A DNA stretch of 64,000 nucleotides, taken from NCBI GenBank assembly GCA_963713605.1, contig CAVQMO010000010.1, forward strand, positions 768,001 through 832,000. The letters run 5' to 3'. Below, one piece after another: positions 42,604 through 52,513 of this stretch. This DNA comes from an uncultured Nitrososphaerales archaeon (GTDB lineage: Archaea; Thermoproteota; Nitrososphaeria; Nitrososphaerales; Nitrososphaeraceae). The notes beneath the pieces are model-generated. The model saw nothing but the letters and a program-made list of their open reading frames with translations. It was not told the DNA's origin and did no database searches. Numbering within the stretch: position 1 is the first letter of the stretch; each line of letters starts with the position of its first letter. Made by a program: the position numbers and the translations under genes.

Positions 42604-44178
42604 TTAGAGCTTTGGAGGAAGTGAAGCAGTAACAGATCTTCTTCTCGAATACTTGGAGACAATTTCTTCTGGTGGTCTTCCATCAAAAAGGTTCTTAGAT
42701 AATCCTCTCAGATACCGCATTATCGCCCATGTTCCAGCTTTTATTAGGGTCGCCATGAAAACTTTCATGAGAGGGCCGTATGTCTTGTTCCTTATTATAA
42801 TTGGAATAATGTCGTTTATGACCCATAGGTTGTGTTGCCAGCATCTCCAAAAAAGAGCAAATTGTGCTTCATTGAGATTCCCAAAATGCATAGAATTCCT
42901 CTCTGAAAAATCTTGGTAAAGTAACGGCGCGACAAGTCCACGCATATTAGTCTCTCGAAAGTCATCAATTAGATCGATGGTGTACTGGGTTTCGTCGGGG
43001 GTTTCATCTGGCCACCCTATAATAAGGGTTAATGCCGGAAACCAGTGGTTCTGGTTCAAGATCTTGACGCCTTGCCTCACTACTGCACCCCACTCCTCAG
43101 CCTGATATGGTCTTGTCTTGACGCCAAGATGCTTCTTTACCATCCTGGGGGCAACTGTTTCGACGCCTAGATTGGTAGCAAGCCATCGTCCGCTACTCTC
43201 CATTCCGTTGATGTGAGATAATTTTGTGATGAGATTGGGCGAGCTCGCTACTGCTGAAAGAGTCATGTGAGTAGTACCTATGAAGTTTGCACCGACAGAT
43301 TTGAGCCCAGACCATACGTCGATTATTGCATCAGAATTAGGAACAAAATCCTTGTTATCACAGCCATAGAGGAGCATCTCATCTGATTGGAGCCATATTG
43401 AGTCAAAACCATATTTAAGATTAATTTTAGCCTCTTTCTGCAGTCTTTCAAGCGGTATGTCTTTTTTTGAGCGCTTGTTTACATCGCAAAAATCGCACCC
43501 CCTGCCACATCCTCTCATCGCCTCGATCAGGGAGTTTATTGTTGGTCCACGGATGCTTGGAATATTCTCAATTCTTCTAACAAATGTGTGGAGTAATTCG
43601 GGTGCATCGCCAGATTCTAAATCATGAAATAGATCAAGTGCTAATTCGTCCGCCTCGCCTATAACTACAGTATCAATACCATGAATTTTCATTCGATCTG
43701 GTTTGGCTAACTCCCATGCACCGTTCCCTCCAACAACAACTTTGAACCCATATTTTTTCTTGAGCTGGATTATGGAGGCACACAATTTCTTAAATTTCAT
43801 GGCAACATAAGAAAGTTTTTCGGGAGACATTGTCGTAGTTACAGGGGCCATTCCTAGAGGATCCATTACGTTTATTCCAATTACCTTGGTTTCAGGCCCA
43901 ACACATTTTTCGAGCATTTCGGGGTGAGCTATAAAGATGTCGTCAGATTTGTACTCTTTGAGCAAAGCAGCCTCAACTCTCCTCAATCCACACTGAGCTA
44001 CCTTGACTCCCCCTGTTTCCCTATCAGTTTCAACGCTGGGACAGAACAGTTTATCAAATACAAATTCAGGAACTAGCTCATAAGGGCCGCAGGCGATAAA
44101 GCCATAAAGAAAATTGCCTCTGTAATTTGTCATAAGACTCCTGTCTGCAGTCAGTACAACTCGCTTGCCGTTAACCAT
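42604..44178 (-). CDS. grs: B12-binding radical SAM enzyme, GDGT ring synthase (GrsA/GrsB) family
   Basis: CxxxCxxC in 'RGCGRGCDFC'; N-terminal 'VLTADRSLMTNY.G...GFIAC', 'GLRRVEAAL', 'DPLGMAP' and 'VVGGNGAWEL' resemble Sulfolobus Grs as recalled. Confidence 0.8.
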   Translation of the reverse strand: MVNGKRVVLTADRSLMTNYRGNFLYGFIACGPYELVPEFVFDKLFCPSVETDRETGGVKVAQCGLRRVEAALLKEYKSDDIFIAHPEMLEKCVGPETKVIGINVMDPLGMAPVTTTMSPEKLSYVAMKFKKLCASIIQLKKKYGFKVVVGGNGAWELAKPDRMKIHGIDTVVIGEADELALDLFHDLESGDAPELLHTFVRRIENIPSIRGPTINSLIEAMRGCGRGCDFCDVNKRSKKDIPLERLQKEAKINLKYGFDSIWLQSDEMLLYGCDNKDFVPNSDAIIDVWSGLKSVGANFIGTTHMTLSAVASSPNLITKLSHINGMESSGRWLATNLGVETVAPRMVKKHLGVKTRPYQAEEWGAVVRQGVKILNQNHWFPALTLIIGWPDETPDETQYTIDLIDDFRETNMRGLVAPLLYQDFSERNSMHFGNLNEAQFALFWRCWQHNLWVINDIIPIIIRNKTYGPLMKVFMATLIKAGTWAIMRYLRGLSKNLFDGRPPEEIVSKYSRRRSVTASLPPKL

Positions 44179-44190
44179 GATCTAAACGTT

Positions 44191-44256
44191 CCTCCTTATT
44201 CCATCCGAACATTGATATAAATCTATTCCGATATACTAAAATTCATACTAAAATTC
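44191..44256 (-). promoter_or_regulatory. grs promoter: SD, TATA, BRE and a 12-bp tandem repeat
   Basis: Minus strand: AAGGAGG (44191-44197), TTTATAT (44215-44221), BRE-like CGGAATAGA (44222-44230); atactaaaattc x2 at 44233-44256 (plus-strand reading). Confidence 0.55.
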
Positions 44257-44285
44257 CTATGAGATAGGGGATCATTGCCAAAAAT

Positions 44286-44753
<468 letters not shown>

Positions 44754-44802
44754 TTAACTGCTGTCAAACGTATTAATATCGAGGATATTGTGACTCTAGA
44801 TA

Positions 44803-44876
44803 GGGCCGGTCGTCTAGTCTGGTAGGATACGGCATTGGCATTGCCGAGGTCGTGGGTTCGAATCCCACCCGGTCCA
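44803..44876 (+). tRNA. tRNA-Ala(GGC)
   Basis: Acceptor stem GGGCCGG/CCGGTCC with G3:U70, anticodon arm CGGCA-TTGGCAT-TGCCG, T-arm GTGGG-TTCGAAT-CCCAC, discriminator A; no intron. Confidence 0.96.
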
Positions 44877-45131
44877 TCTAGCACAAGAACTATTGGTCGC
44901 TTGTGGGAGACGATAAAATATGCGATCAGTTTTTCAACCATCACATAATCCAGAAATCCGGATTTCTGATTAGACAGAGCGGTGGCGTGTCTGCTGCGCG
45001 TCTCAAGAGGTCTAAGTTCAGCTGAAAACTGAACGTCACTAGATGCTAATACTGATTAATCAATAAACCAATAAATATGCGTAAGGAGAAAGTTAGCTGA
45101 GCTGCTAGTTCGATGAGGGTATTCCAGCACA

Positions 45132-45890
45132 TTGTTCGATTTTCTTGATGATGCGTTTTATAGCGATAGAAAGATAGCTCTTACAGCTCATCCTAATGCT
45201 ATGGTTGAGGAACTACTGGTCTCTGACTATGGGGAACACAATATGTTGGTTTACCCGAATCGCAGGTCATTTAGGCAATTATATTCAAAATATTGCAGAA
45301 ATGTACTTCTCGAAAATAACTCAAATAGTTCGGAAAATGAAATGATTTTGATAATATCCTACTACGACACTGTAAGTAACATAAAAAATGTGCTTAAGCG
45401 GATGGGGATGCACTTCGATGGGGAATTGAAAAAAAGGCCAATTATATTAATGGATTCCGTTACTGCGTATTCATGTTCTAATCTAGACCAAATGTCCGCG
45501 GGAGCAGGCAATAGCCATGGGAATGTCAACACCGTTGACAAGAAGATTTATGCATTTGGTAAACGACTCGAGGACTCGTATGCCTCGTTTCCAATTCACT
45601 ACAAACCGTACAGAATCGTGACTATCATAAGTTCTTTGTTACAGAGTATACACGACTCTGGGATGAAAGGGTTGTGTGTAATTGCTGATATGGGATCATT
45701 TTACCTCCTTAACAGGATCGAAGAACTTGTAGAGTATGAATGTTCTTACGCTCCTAAATTCGATAAGCGAATAAATGTTAAAGCATTCTGTTGTCATCAC
45801 CGACAGGAATTTAAAAAGGCCTTAGCGGTAGAACAACAAAGTAGGATCTTTGGTCACCATAACCGAAATCTCCTCTTGACAAGTATCTGA
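45132..45890 (+). CDS. MEDS (DcmR-like sensory) domain protein
   Basis: 'GEHNMLVYP', 'VIADMGSFY....IEELVEYE' and 'KAFCCHH'; this family is expanded in Nitrososphaeraceae. Confidence 0.7.
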   Translation: MFDFLDDAFYSDRKIALTAHPNAMVEELLVSDYGEHNMLVYPNRRSFRQLYSKYCRNVLLENNSNSSENEMILIISYYDTVSNIKNVLKRMGMHFDGELKKRPIILMDSVTAYSCSNLDQMSAGAGNSHGNVNTVDKKIYAFGKRLEDSYASFPIHYKPYRIVTIISSLLQSIHDSGMKGLCVIADMGSFYLLNRIEELVEYECSYAPKFDKRINVKAFCCHHRQEFKKALAVEQQSRIFGHHNRNLLLTSI

Positions 45891-46092
45891 ACAATCCGTC
45901 CATCCCTCCGAAGAACTAGATTCTGTGATTTTCTCTCGCTTATATAATCTAAAGATTGGCAGGTTAAATTAGGATACTAACTCAGAAATGGAGTTTTATC
46001 TGCACTTCAGAATACAAATGAAGGAGAAGGACTATTCCATTCCTAATAGGAATGACGATAGGGGCACCCCCGTACTTGAATTCAAGACCTTA

Positions 46093-46603
46093 TCATAAAT
46101 TCCATAGGGGGAGGTCTATTGGAAAATACTCTTTTATGGTAATGGCCACTTGTTTTCTAATGTAAATATCATAAACCCTGAATATTGTCCTCTGCCTTCG
46201 GTCGAATCCTATATCCTTGATATGCCTAAAGGTTTCGATTCTTAGATTTTCGAATCAAGCTGCCAACGCCTTTCTCTCCTTCAATTATTCTATCACGAAA
46301 CACAGTTGGAAGGTTTTTAGTCTTGATTCTCGATTCAGCATGCATAATGACCTCCCCATCAAGCTCCCTTCTAACACAAATCCTTCGATACAACACAGAC
46401 CCAGACGCTCTCTGACTCAGTACAATAACCTCAATCTTACCCCGGACCAGTAATTGCAGTATATTTTCCAAAACACCATTTTGTAAGATGACAACCAATA
46501 AGATCGGAGGAATCTTGCACTTAAGCTCAGCCTCTGTTTTGACTAGCACCGTTTGCAATGTTGACAAATCGTATATATCAGTAGCAAGCCTTTTTCTCTT
46601 CAA
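46093..46603 (-). CDS. Chorismate pyruvate-lyase (UbiC)/DUF98-like protein (frameshift near 46235)
   Basis: 'QNG.LE..LQLL....IEV.VLSQ', 'RRICV', 'HAESRI' and 'GVGSLI'; continues in another frame as 'IETFRHI...RVYDI......ITIKEYFP' to a stop at 46093. Confidence 0.7.
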
Positions 46604-46655
46604 TTCTGTTGAATAGACTATGCGGAGCTAAAAAAAGTGTGCTTTGAAACATTCT

Positions 46656-47378
46656 TTAGCCTAGAACAATTCGTAAGGTTAGGGCTATCATGGCAGTAAT
46701 TAGAGTGCCAAAACTAATTATTTTTAGATACCTTTCTAATGTGTTAGTAGCCCCATTTTGCACATTACTACTTCTGATGACCTTGTAAGGCCTCGAAAGA
46801 CGAATTTCAACGTAACTGATGAAACCAGCAACGGTCGCCACGAGTATCGATTCAAGAGTAATTGCATTGGTCTGCATAATAAACCCAGCCAGGACTGGAA
46901 GAGAGCCCCATGCTATCACAAACCAAAAATTCGTATGAAAACGCCCCCCAAATTTCTCGAAATTATATGCAAAGAGAAAAAAGCCTTCTGCAACTGCTAC
47001 GACCGAAAGCAATGGCACAAAATAAATGATATAATAAATGCCTATTGAGTAAGCGATTGAAAGAGACACTACCAGAATGATCCACGAAATGCGTTTGCTA
47101 ATCTCTACTCCCCAAGGCCTCTTAGGTGAACCAATGCTATCAGCAAAGTGGGCGCCGATTCCCAAAGCAAAAAAGTAGATAAGAATAACAGCTACTATCC
47201 GATCCCAATGGATTGAAGGAGAAATTAGTGAACCTAGCAAAGCAAACGATATGCACATTGCAGTATATGGCAAAAATAAGATTCCTATTGCTATCCTAAA
47301 TTGTATGGGACCAAATTTTGGCACGAACCATTCGTTCAGGCGATTAGTGTCCTTCTTACTCATTCTTCTTGGCAACAA
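46656..47378 (-). CDS. Multi-pass membrane protein, divergent UbiA-prenyltransferase-like
   Basis: About 7-8 TM helices; 'LPYT', 'GAHFAD...RPW' and 'AYN....G.FH...WF..AWG.LPVLAGF' follow the UbiA/MenA layout, but the Asp-rich motif is degenerate. Confidence 0.55.
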   Translation of the reverse strand: MLPRRMSKKDTNRLNEWFVPKFGPIQFRIAIGILFLPYTAMCISFALLGSLISPSIHWDRIVAVILIYFFALGIGAHFADSIGSPKRPWGVEISKRISWIILVVSLSIAYSIGIYYIIYFVPLLSVVAVAEGFFLFAYNFEKFGGRFHTNFWFVIAWGSLPVLAGFIMQTNAITLESILVATVAGFISYVEIRLSRPYKVIRSSNVQNGATNTLERYLKIISFGTLITAMIALTLRIVLG

Positions 47379-48030
47379 TCATTTTCGAGGTACCAAATGT
47401 GAAATACATGGAACTGATTTCGACAAAACCATGATTTCCTAGTGATGCAATTAGTTCCTGTGACCATTTTGAATCCTCAATCATTTGATCAAGATCTGAA
47501 AAGACGTGTCTCCACGAAGTTATAACCAAGCCTGCAATGCATAACAACTTGAAATGTAATTTCCACACAATTCTAATGACTCTATTTCTAGGATATGAAA
47601 AATCATGAAATACAACAATCCCATTTGGAGTTATTACTCTACTAACTTCAGTTACCAATTTGTCGATATCTACATATTTTGCTAAGTATGAAGATACTAT
47701 ACAGTCACAACTTCTATTTCTAAAAGGCAACATTTCTGCGTTTGCGTTGATAACGGTTGGAACCTTTCTCCTGTTCTTGGAAAACTTGGCATAATCAAAC
47801 GAAAGATCCAAGCTCAATACTTCTAATGCATCGTTACTATTTCTGATCATCTCGCTCAAAATACCAGTACCGGAGGCGAGATCTAGAACGATATTTCCTT
47901 GAATCTTGGTCAGTATATTTTTTTTCCAATATTTATCTCTGCCAATTGTGGCGTATCGCACGACCTGGTCGTACGAATTGGCGTTTCGCTCAGTAAAGAA
48001 GTCCCTCGCATTTTGTAATCCTGAATGCAC
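47356..48030 (-). CDS. UbiE/MenG-family methyltransferase
   Basis: 'FF...ANSYD........GRD..WK', 'VLDLASGTG', 'ANAEMLPF' and 'EVSRVITPNG'. Confidence 0.85.
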   Translation of the reverse strand: MHSGLQNARDFFTERNANSYDQVVRYATIGRDKYWKKNILTKIQGNIVLDLASGTGILSEMIRNSNDALEVLSLDLSFDYAKFSKNRRKVPTVINANAEMLPFRNRSCDCIVSSYLAKYVDIDKLVTEVSRVITPNGIVVFHDFSYPRNRVIRIVWKLHFKLLCIAGLVITSWRHVFSDLDQMIEDSKWSQELIASLGNHGFVEISSMYFTFGTSKMIVAKKNE

Positions 48031-48101
48031 TAGCTTGGTTCATAATGCATATTTCTAGCGTATAAAGCTTATAGTTACCATCTCAATCATATTGCTTGTA
48101 G

Positions 48102-48794
48102 TTGTATTTTGTGAATTGGCAAAGGCATGTTCGGCAAGGCGAATACGAAGGCCATAAAGTAGTCATAAAAACCAACAAGAGGATAAAGGGCTTTAAAGAT
48201 TTCATCCTTGTATTCGCCTACGTGCTGACGTCTGTACTAATGCTACATCCCAGCTCCCCACATCCACTTGGGCCAATGCTTTTGCATAACGAGAGCACCA
48301 AAATGAGAGAAATGTTGAGAAAGGTGGAAATCCTTAGCCCAACGCTCTTGTATATTAACAAGAAAATCTTAATAGAGGAATTTATTGAAGGAGGTAGTCT
48401 ATATTCTCTTTTTGAAAGAAAAGGTGATCTTTCGTTGGCAGGCGAAGCAGGTATTCTCACTGCGAGACTTCATAATGCCAAATTAGTTTTTTTAGATAAT
48501 AAAGCTGAAAACTATCTGATAAATGACCAAAGACAGCTAGTCAGAACTGATTTGAGTTTCATCATGCAGGATGATTCTGTTTTTTCGAGGAGTATGGATA
48601 TAGCAAGCTTCTTAGCCAGCATCATGGATTTAGAGGGTTCTGAATATCGCGTGATTCACGAAACTTTCATCAATGCTTATGAAAACGAAACGGACAGGTC
48701 CTGTCCCTATCTTTACATTATCTTGAGAAACATTTTGGCTTTAGTGTTTAGCGCAAACAGAGCTAATACGTTTATGAACTTGTTGAAATCCTGA
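48102..48794 (+). CDS. Protein-kinase-like fold protein (Kdo/RIO/Bud32-like)
   Basis: beta3 'VVIK', hinge 'EEFIEG', catalytic-loop-like 'LH....FLDNKAENYL' and DFG-like 'TDLS'. Confidence 0.7.
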   Translation: MYFVNWQRHVRQGEYEGHKVVIKTNKRIKGFKDFILVFAYVLTSVLMLHPSSPHPLGPMLLHNESTKMREMLRKVEILSPTLLYINKKILIEEFIEGGSLYSLFERKGDLSLAGEAGILTARLHNAKLVFLDNKAENYLINDQRQLVRTDLSFIMQDDSVFSRSMDIASFLASIMDLEGSEYRVIHETFINAYENETDRSCPYLYIILRNILALVFSANRANTFMNLLKS

Positions 48795-48852
48795 TTGGAG
48801 GTGAAAAATCCAGCACAACCAATGATTGCTGCAAAAAGTAAAGCAGAGTCAG

Positions 48853-49249
48853 TCAGATAGGTGGTAATTCAGTCTTCTTGTCAAATCCTCCTGAGCCAAA
48901 TCGACAATAGAAACACTGGTCAGACATCATGTATGGAATCTTTTGAATGACAACAGACTCCTATCTTTAATGCAATTTTAGTCATAATTTTGTATTTCAT
49001 TGGCATGGAAGGAATAACCTCTTTAAAGTAAACATTGTAATGATCCGGACAAAACTTTAATGTAACCTGAGCTTTCTGCCTAGACTGATTCCCTCTATCT
49101 CTTGACGGGGTGTTTAAATTTTTCGCCACATTAATTTGTTCTCTGATATACTCATGCTTAGGACATGGACAATCTTTACCTAAAGGATGCTTGTACGCAG
49201 GAAGGTTTTTCCAATCAAAATCAGGATAGTTCTTCTCAAAATCTTCCAT
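48853..49249 (-). CDS. Cys/His-rich hypothetical protein (frameshift near 48950)
   Basis: 'H....CPCPKH' and 'FCPDH'; after the frameshift 'SDQCFYCRFG...LPPI*' ending at 48853. Confidence 0.6.
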
Positions 49250-49357
49250 TCATTATTTCAAAATTAATTGAATGTTATCTGATATAAACATGTAGGGATC
49301 AAAATGCCCCCGGTTGGCAAGAATTAAATAGTCAAAGGGATCAGAAAAAATATATTT

Positions 49358-50402
49358 TTGGTGATATTACAATCGTCAAGCGACGTGATGCGAGACCAGC
49401 ATACTAATAAGAGCAGTGGATCTGCAAAATCGGCAGCTACTGCCACTGCTCAGACAAGGAGTAGAGAAGAGGGTCAGTCGTCTAGGCAACCCGCATCGGA
49501 TTCCAACCTCAGAACCTTGCAAGATTTCAAGAAAACCCTTCTTGAGGAGAAGAAGAATGGTGAAGAAACCATTGAAAGTCTCAACAAGAAGATAGATGAT
49601 ACAAAGAAACTCATAGACGATGAACGCATCAATCTGGATGAATTGAGGGCAAAATTAAAAGTGGTAAACGAACAAAAAGACGCGGAATTTGGCAAGTTTA
49701 CTGAATTAAAGAATGCACTCGTGGCTGCAAGAGCACAGATGAAATCACTTGATGAAAAAGCGTCTACATCACGTTCGAGAAAAGATAGATATGATCTGGT
49801 AAATCTGAATAATCAACTGGATCAAATTGAGCGCGATATTCAGACAAAGAAGCTTTCTAAGGATGAGGAACGTAGACTGGTTTTAAAGTCAAAGGAAGTT
49901 GCGACCAAACTATACTCCTTAAAAGCGATTCACAAGAAAGAGGATAGGTATAGAACTATTTCGATTCAGTACAATGTACCTAAAGAATAAGATGAATAAG
50001 TTGTTTGAGCAGAAAACTGGGCTAGGTGAAGGCATCGGAAAAATAAAGTCAGAGCTGGACGAGTTGCTAAATCTTAGGGAAAGCTTGTATGAAGACCGTC
50101 GCAAAAACATCAGGAATGTAAGAGAAGCTGATGCGAAATTAGAGATGGTTGATACTCAACTTAACGCGATCCAATACAAGAGAACTAGAACATCTTCCGA
50201 GCAGAGAGCAAGAAGATATCCACGAGGCGAAGGGAAGGAGAATAGGTACATTGCCTCTCAGGAAAAAGGTAAACGAAGTAAGGAAAATCAAGATAGGTGG
50301 AATATTCTTAAAGAAGCTGCTCTGAAGAAAATGTCTGGTGGAGAAAAATTGACGTTTGAAGAGATGAAACTCATTTATGGAGAGAACGGTTCATTCGATT
50401 GA
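49358..50402 (+). CDS. Long coiled-coil protein (frameshift near 49980)
   Basis: Heptad-rich; 'IQTKKLSKDEERRLV' and the C-terminal 'KMSGGEKLTFEEMKL' are typical of the conserved archaeal coiled-coil family. Confidence 0.75.
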
Positions 50403-50466
50403 AACGAGCCTTTTGATGACCTCCATCAGAATTGAATTCGTGTCTAGACACTAATCGTTGCTATAG

Positions 50467-51085
50467 ATGATACCTTTCACTCAAGAAGAAGGTCAGCAAT
50501 TAGTTAGACTCGCCCGTGACTCTGTTGAAAGACTCTTTAATGATAAGGGCTCCAGGTCACGACATTCTGTTCGGTCTAAGGTGCAAGCCGGTGTTTTTGT
50601 ATCTATTCATAACTTCTCGGCCGGTGGAAATATCCTGAGGGGTTGCGTTGGTTTTCCTCTACCAAGAGGTGAATTCTATTCATCATTAGAGGAAACCGCT
50701 ATTGCGGTCTGCTACGCAGGATCCGAGGTTCAGACCTATTTCAGAGGACGAGCTTGATAAGGTGATCTTTGAGGTAACTGTCTTGAACCGTCCAGAACTG
50801 ATAAATGTTGTCAAGCCCGTCGATTATCTAGATATGGTAAAGATCGGAGTGGATGGTTTAATGTTAAGTTGGGGTGAATACTCATCGCTGCTACTGCCTC
50901 AGGTTGCTATAGAATATAACTGGACTGTTGATGAATATCTAAGAAATTTGTGTTATAAGGCAGGATTGACTCCGGACATGTGGATGAACCATGATGTTAA
51001 GATATACAAATTTAGTTGCGCCGTTTACAGAGAATCCAAGCCCAGAGGGGGAATTCATCGGGTAGATGCTCGGACTTCTGAATAG
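50467..51085 (+). CDS. AMMECR1-domain protein (frameshift near 50705)
   Basis: 'LVRLAR', 'GVFVSI', 'LRGCVG', 'DPRF.P', 'EVTVL', 'LLPQVA' and 'LC.KAG'. Confidence 0.92.
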
Positions 51086-51173
51086 TCTATTGGTACTTGC
51101 TCAATTACTTTGAGATCGATTTTGCAACGATTGAAAGCTAAATATTTGCTGCCTTGGAACTGATTCAGAATTC

Positions 51174-52350
51174 TTGTCAAGGATTTACATCTCGCCTTAT
51201 GGTGTAGGGCTAGGTCATGCAAGTAGGATGTTGATGCTCGCAGAGCAGGTTAGAGAATTAGGATACGAAGTATTTTTTTCTTCGTTTGGGGAAGCAACCG
51301 ATTTCTTAAGGCACAATGGATTTAGATGTGAAAGAGTTCCGCCGCTTGAGCTCTCTTGGACTTCCGAAGGCGCCTTTTCGATAAAAAAAAGCATTGCAAG
51401 TCTGCCTTTTCAATTCTGGAATTTCTCAAGACAGTTGAACGCAGAAATCAGAAATATCGCTGCATGCCGACCAGATCTTGTTATCTCAGATAGCCGACTC
51501 TCTCCCTTGATAATTTCAAAGGCACTTAAGATACCATCGATAGTCATACTAAATCAAATCAGACTATTATTGTCTCCTTCGCTGAGAAAGATACGAATTG
51601 CTCGTTTTTACGAGGAATTTAATGGGCAATTACTAGGCGCAGCCTGGTCTTTCGCAGACAAGATACTGATACCTGACCTTCCTCCTCCAATGACAATAAG
51701 TGAGAAAAATATCTGGAGTGTCAGCACTACTGGTACCGGTAAAGTAAAATACGTAGGATTCACGGCTCCTAATCCCACCATGGTCTCGGAACGATTAGAA
51801 GAAGCAAGCCAGATGCTCAATCTAAGCAGCGAAAAACCATTCATTTATCTTCATATTAGCGGCCCTGAGCCTACTCGAAGACCTCTCACGAATCTGGTTA
51901 TGAGGGCCTTCAAGGAGCTCGAACCAGAGATACAATATGCTATTTCGGAAGGCAAACCTGGAGGCAATCCTTTTCCACAAAAGATTCTCAAAATCAGGTT
52001 GGTATTTTGAATGGTGTCCTATCAGGGATGAGCTATTTTCCCTATGCGATGCCCTAGTCATAAGGGCAGGGCATGCATCAATTTCTCAGTCCATTCAATT
52101 TGGAAAACCCTTTTTGTGTATTCCAATACAAAATCATGGAGAACAGCTGGCTAATTCTGATAAGGTTTCAGAGTTAAGAATTGGCATTTCCTTGAGGCAA
52201 GACAGACTATCTCTGAACTCCATAAAACAGGCTATCCTGACTTTGATAGGTGATGAACAATATCGTACGAATATATTACATCTCATGAGGATCGCAAGGG
52301 GGCTGAATGGGGTTCAGAACATCCTAAAAGAAGTAAAATCCTACTTATAA
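51174..52350 (+). CDS. GT28-like glycosyltransferase (MurG/MJ1255-like; frameshift near 51980)
   Basis: 'GVGLGHASR', 'PDLVISD', 'RAGHASI' and 'P...HGEQ..N'. Confidence 0.85.
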
Positions 52351-52513
52351 CACTCTCAATCCCCGATTCTATGCATCGAATCTTCTGTGCAAGTGTAGTG
52401 TGACAATGGCACATTGGACCCTCATCATCAAGTCAAAATTTAACTTTACATTAACGAAGGCCTGTGAGGCAATTCTCCCTCCGAGAAATCCTGGGCCCTA
52501 GTGCTAAAATCCA

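Noticed and set aside
44876..46090. Integrated element at tRNA-Ala
   Set aside because: No integrase and no duplicated tRNA 3' end (att site) seen in the window.
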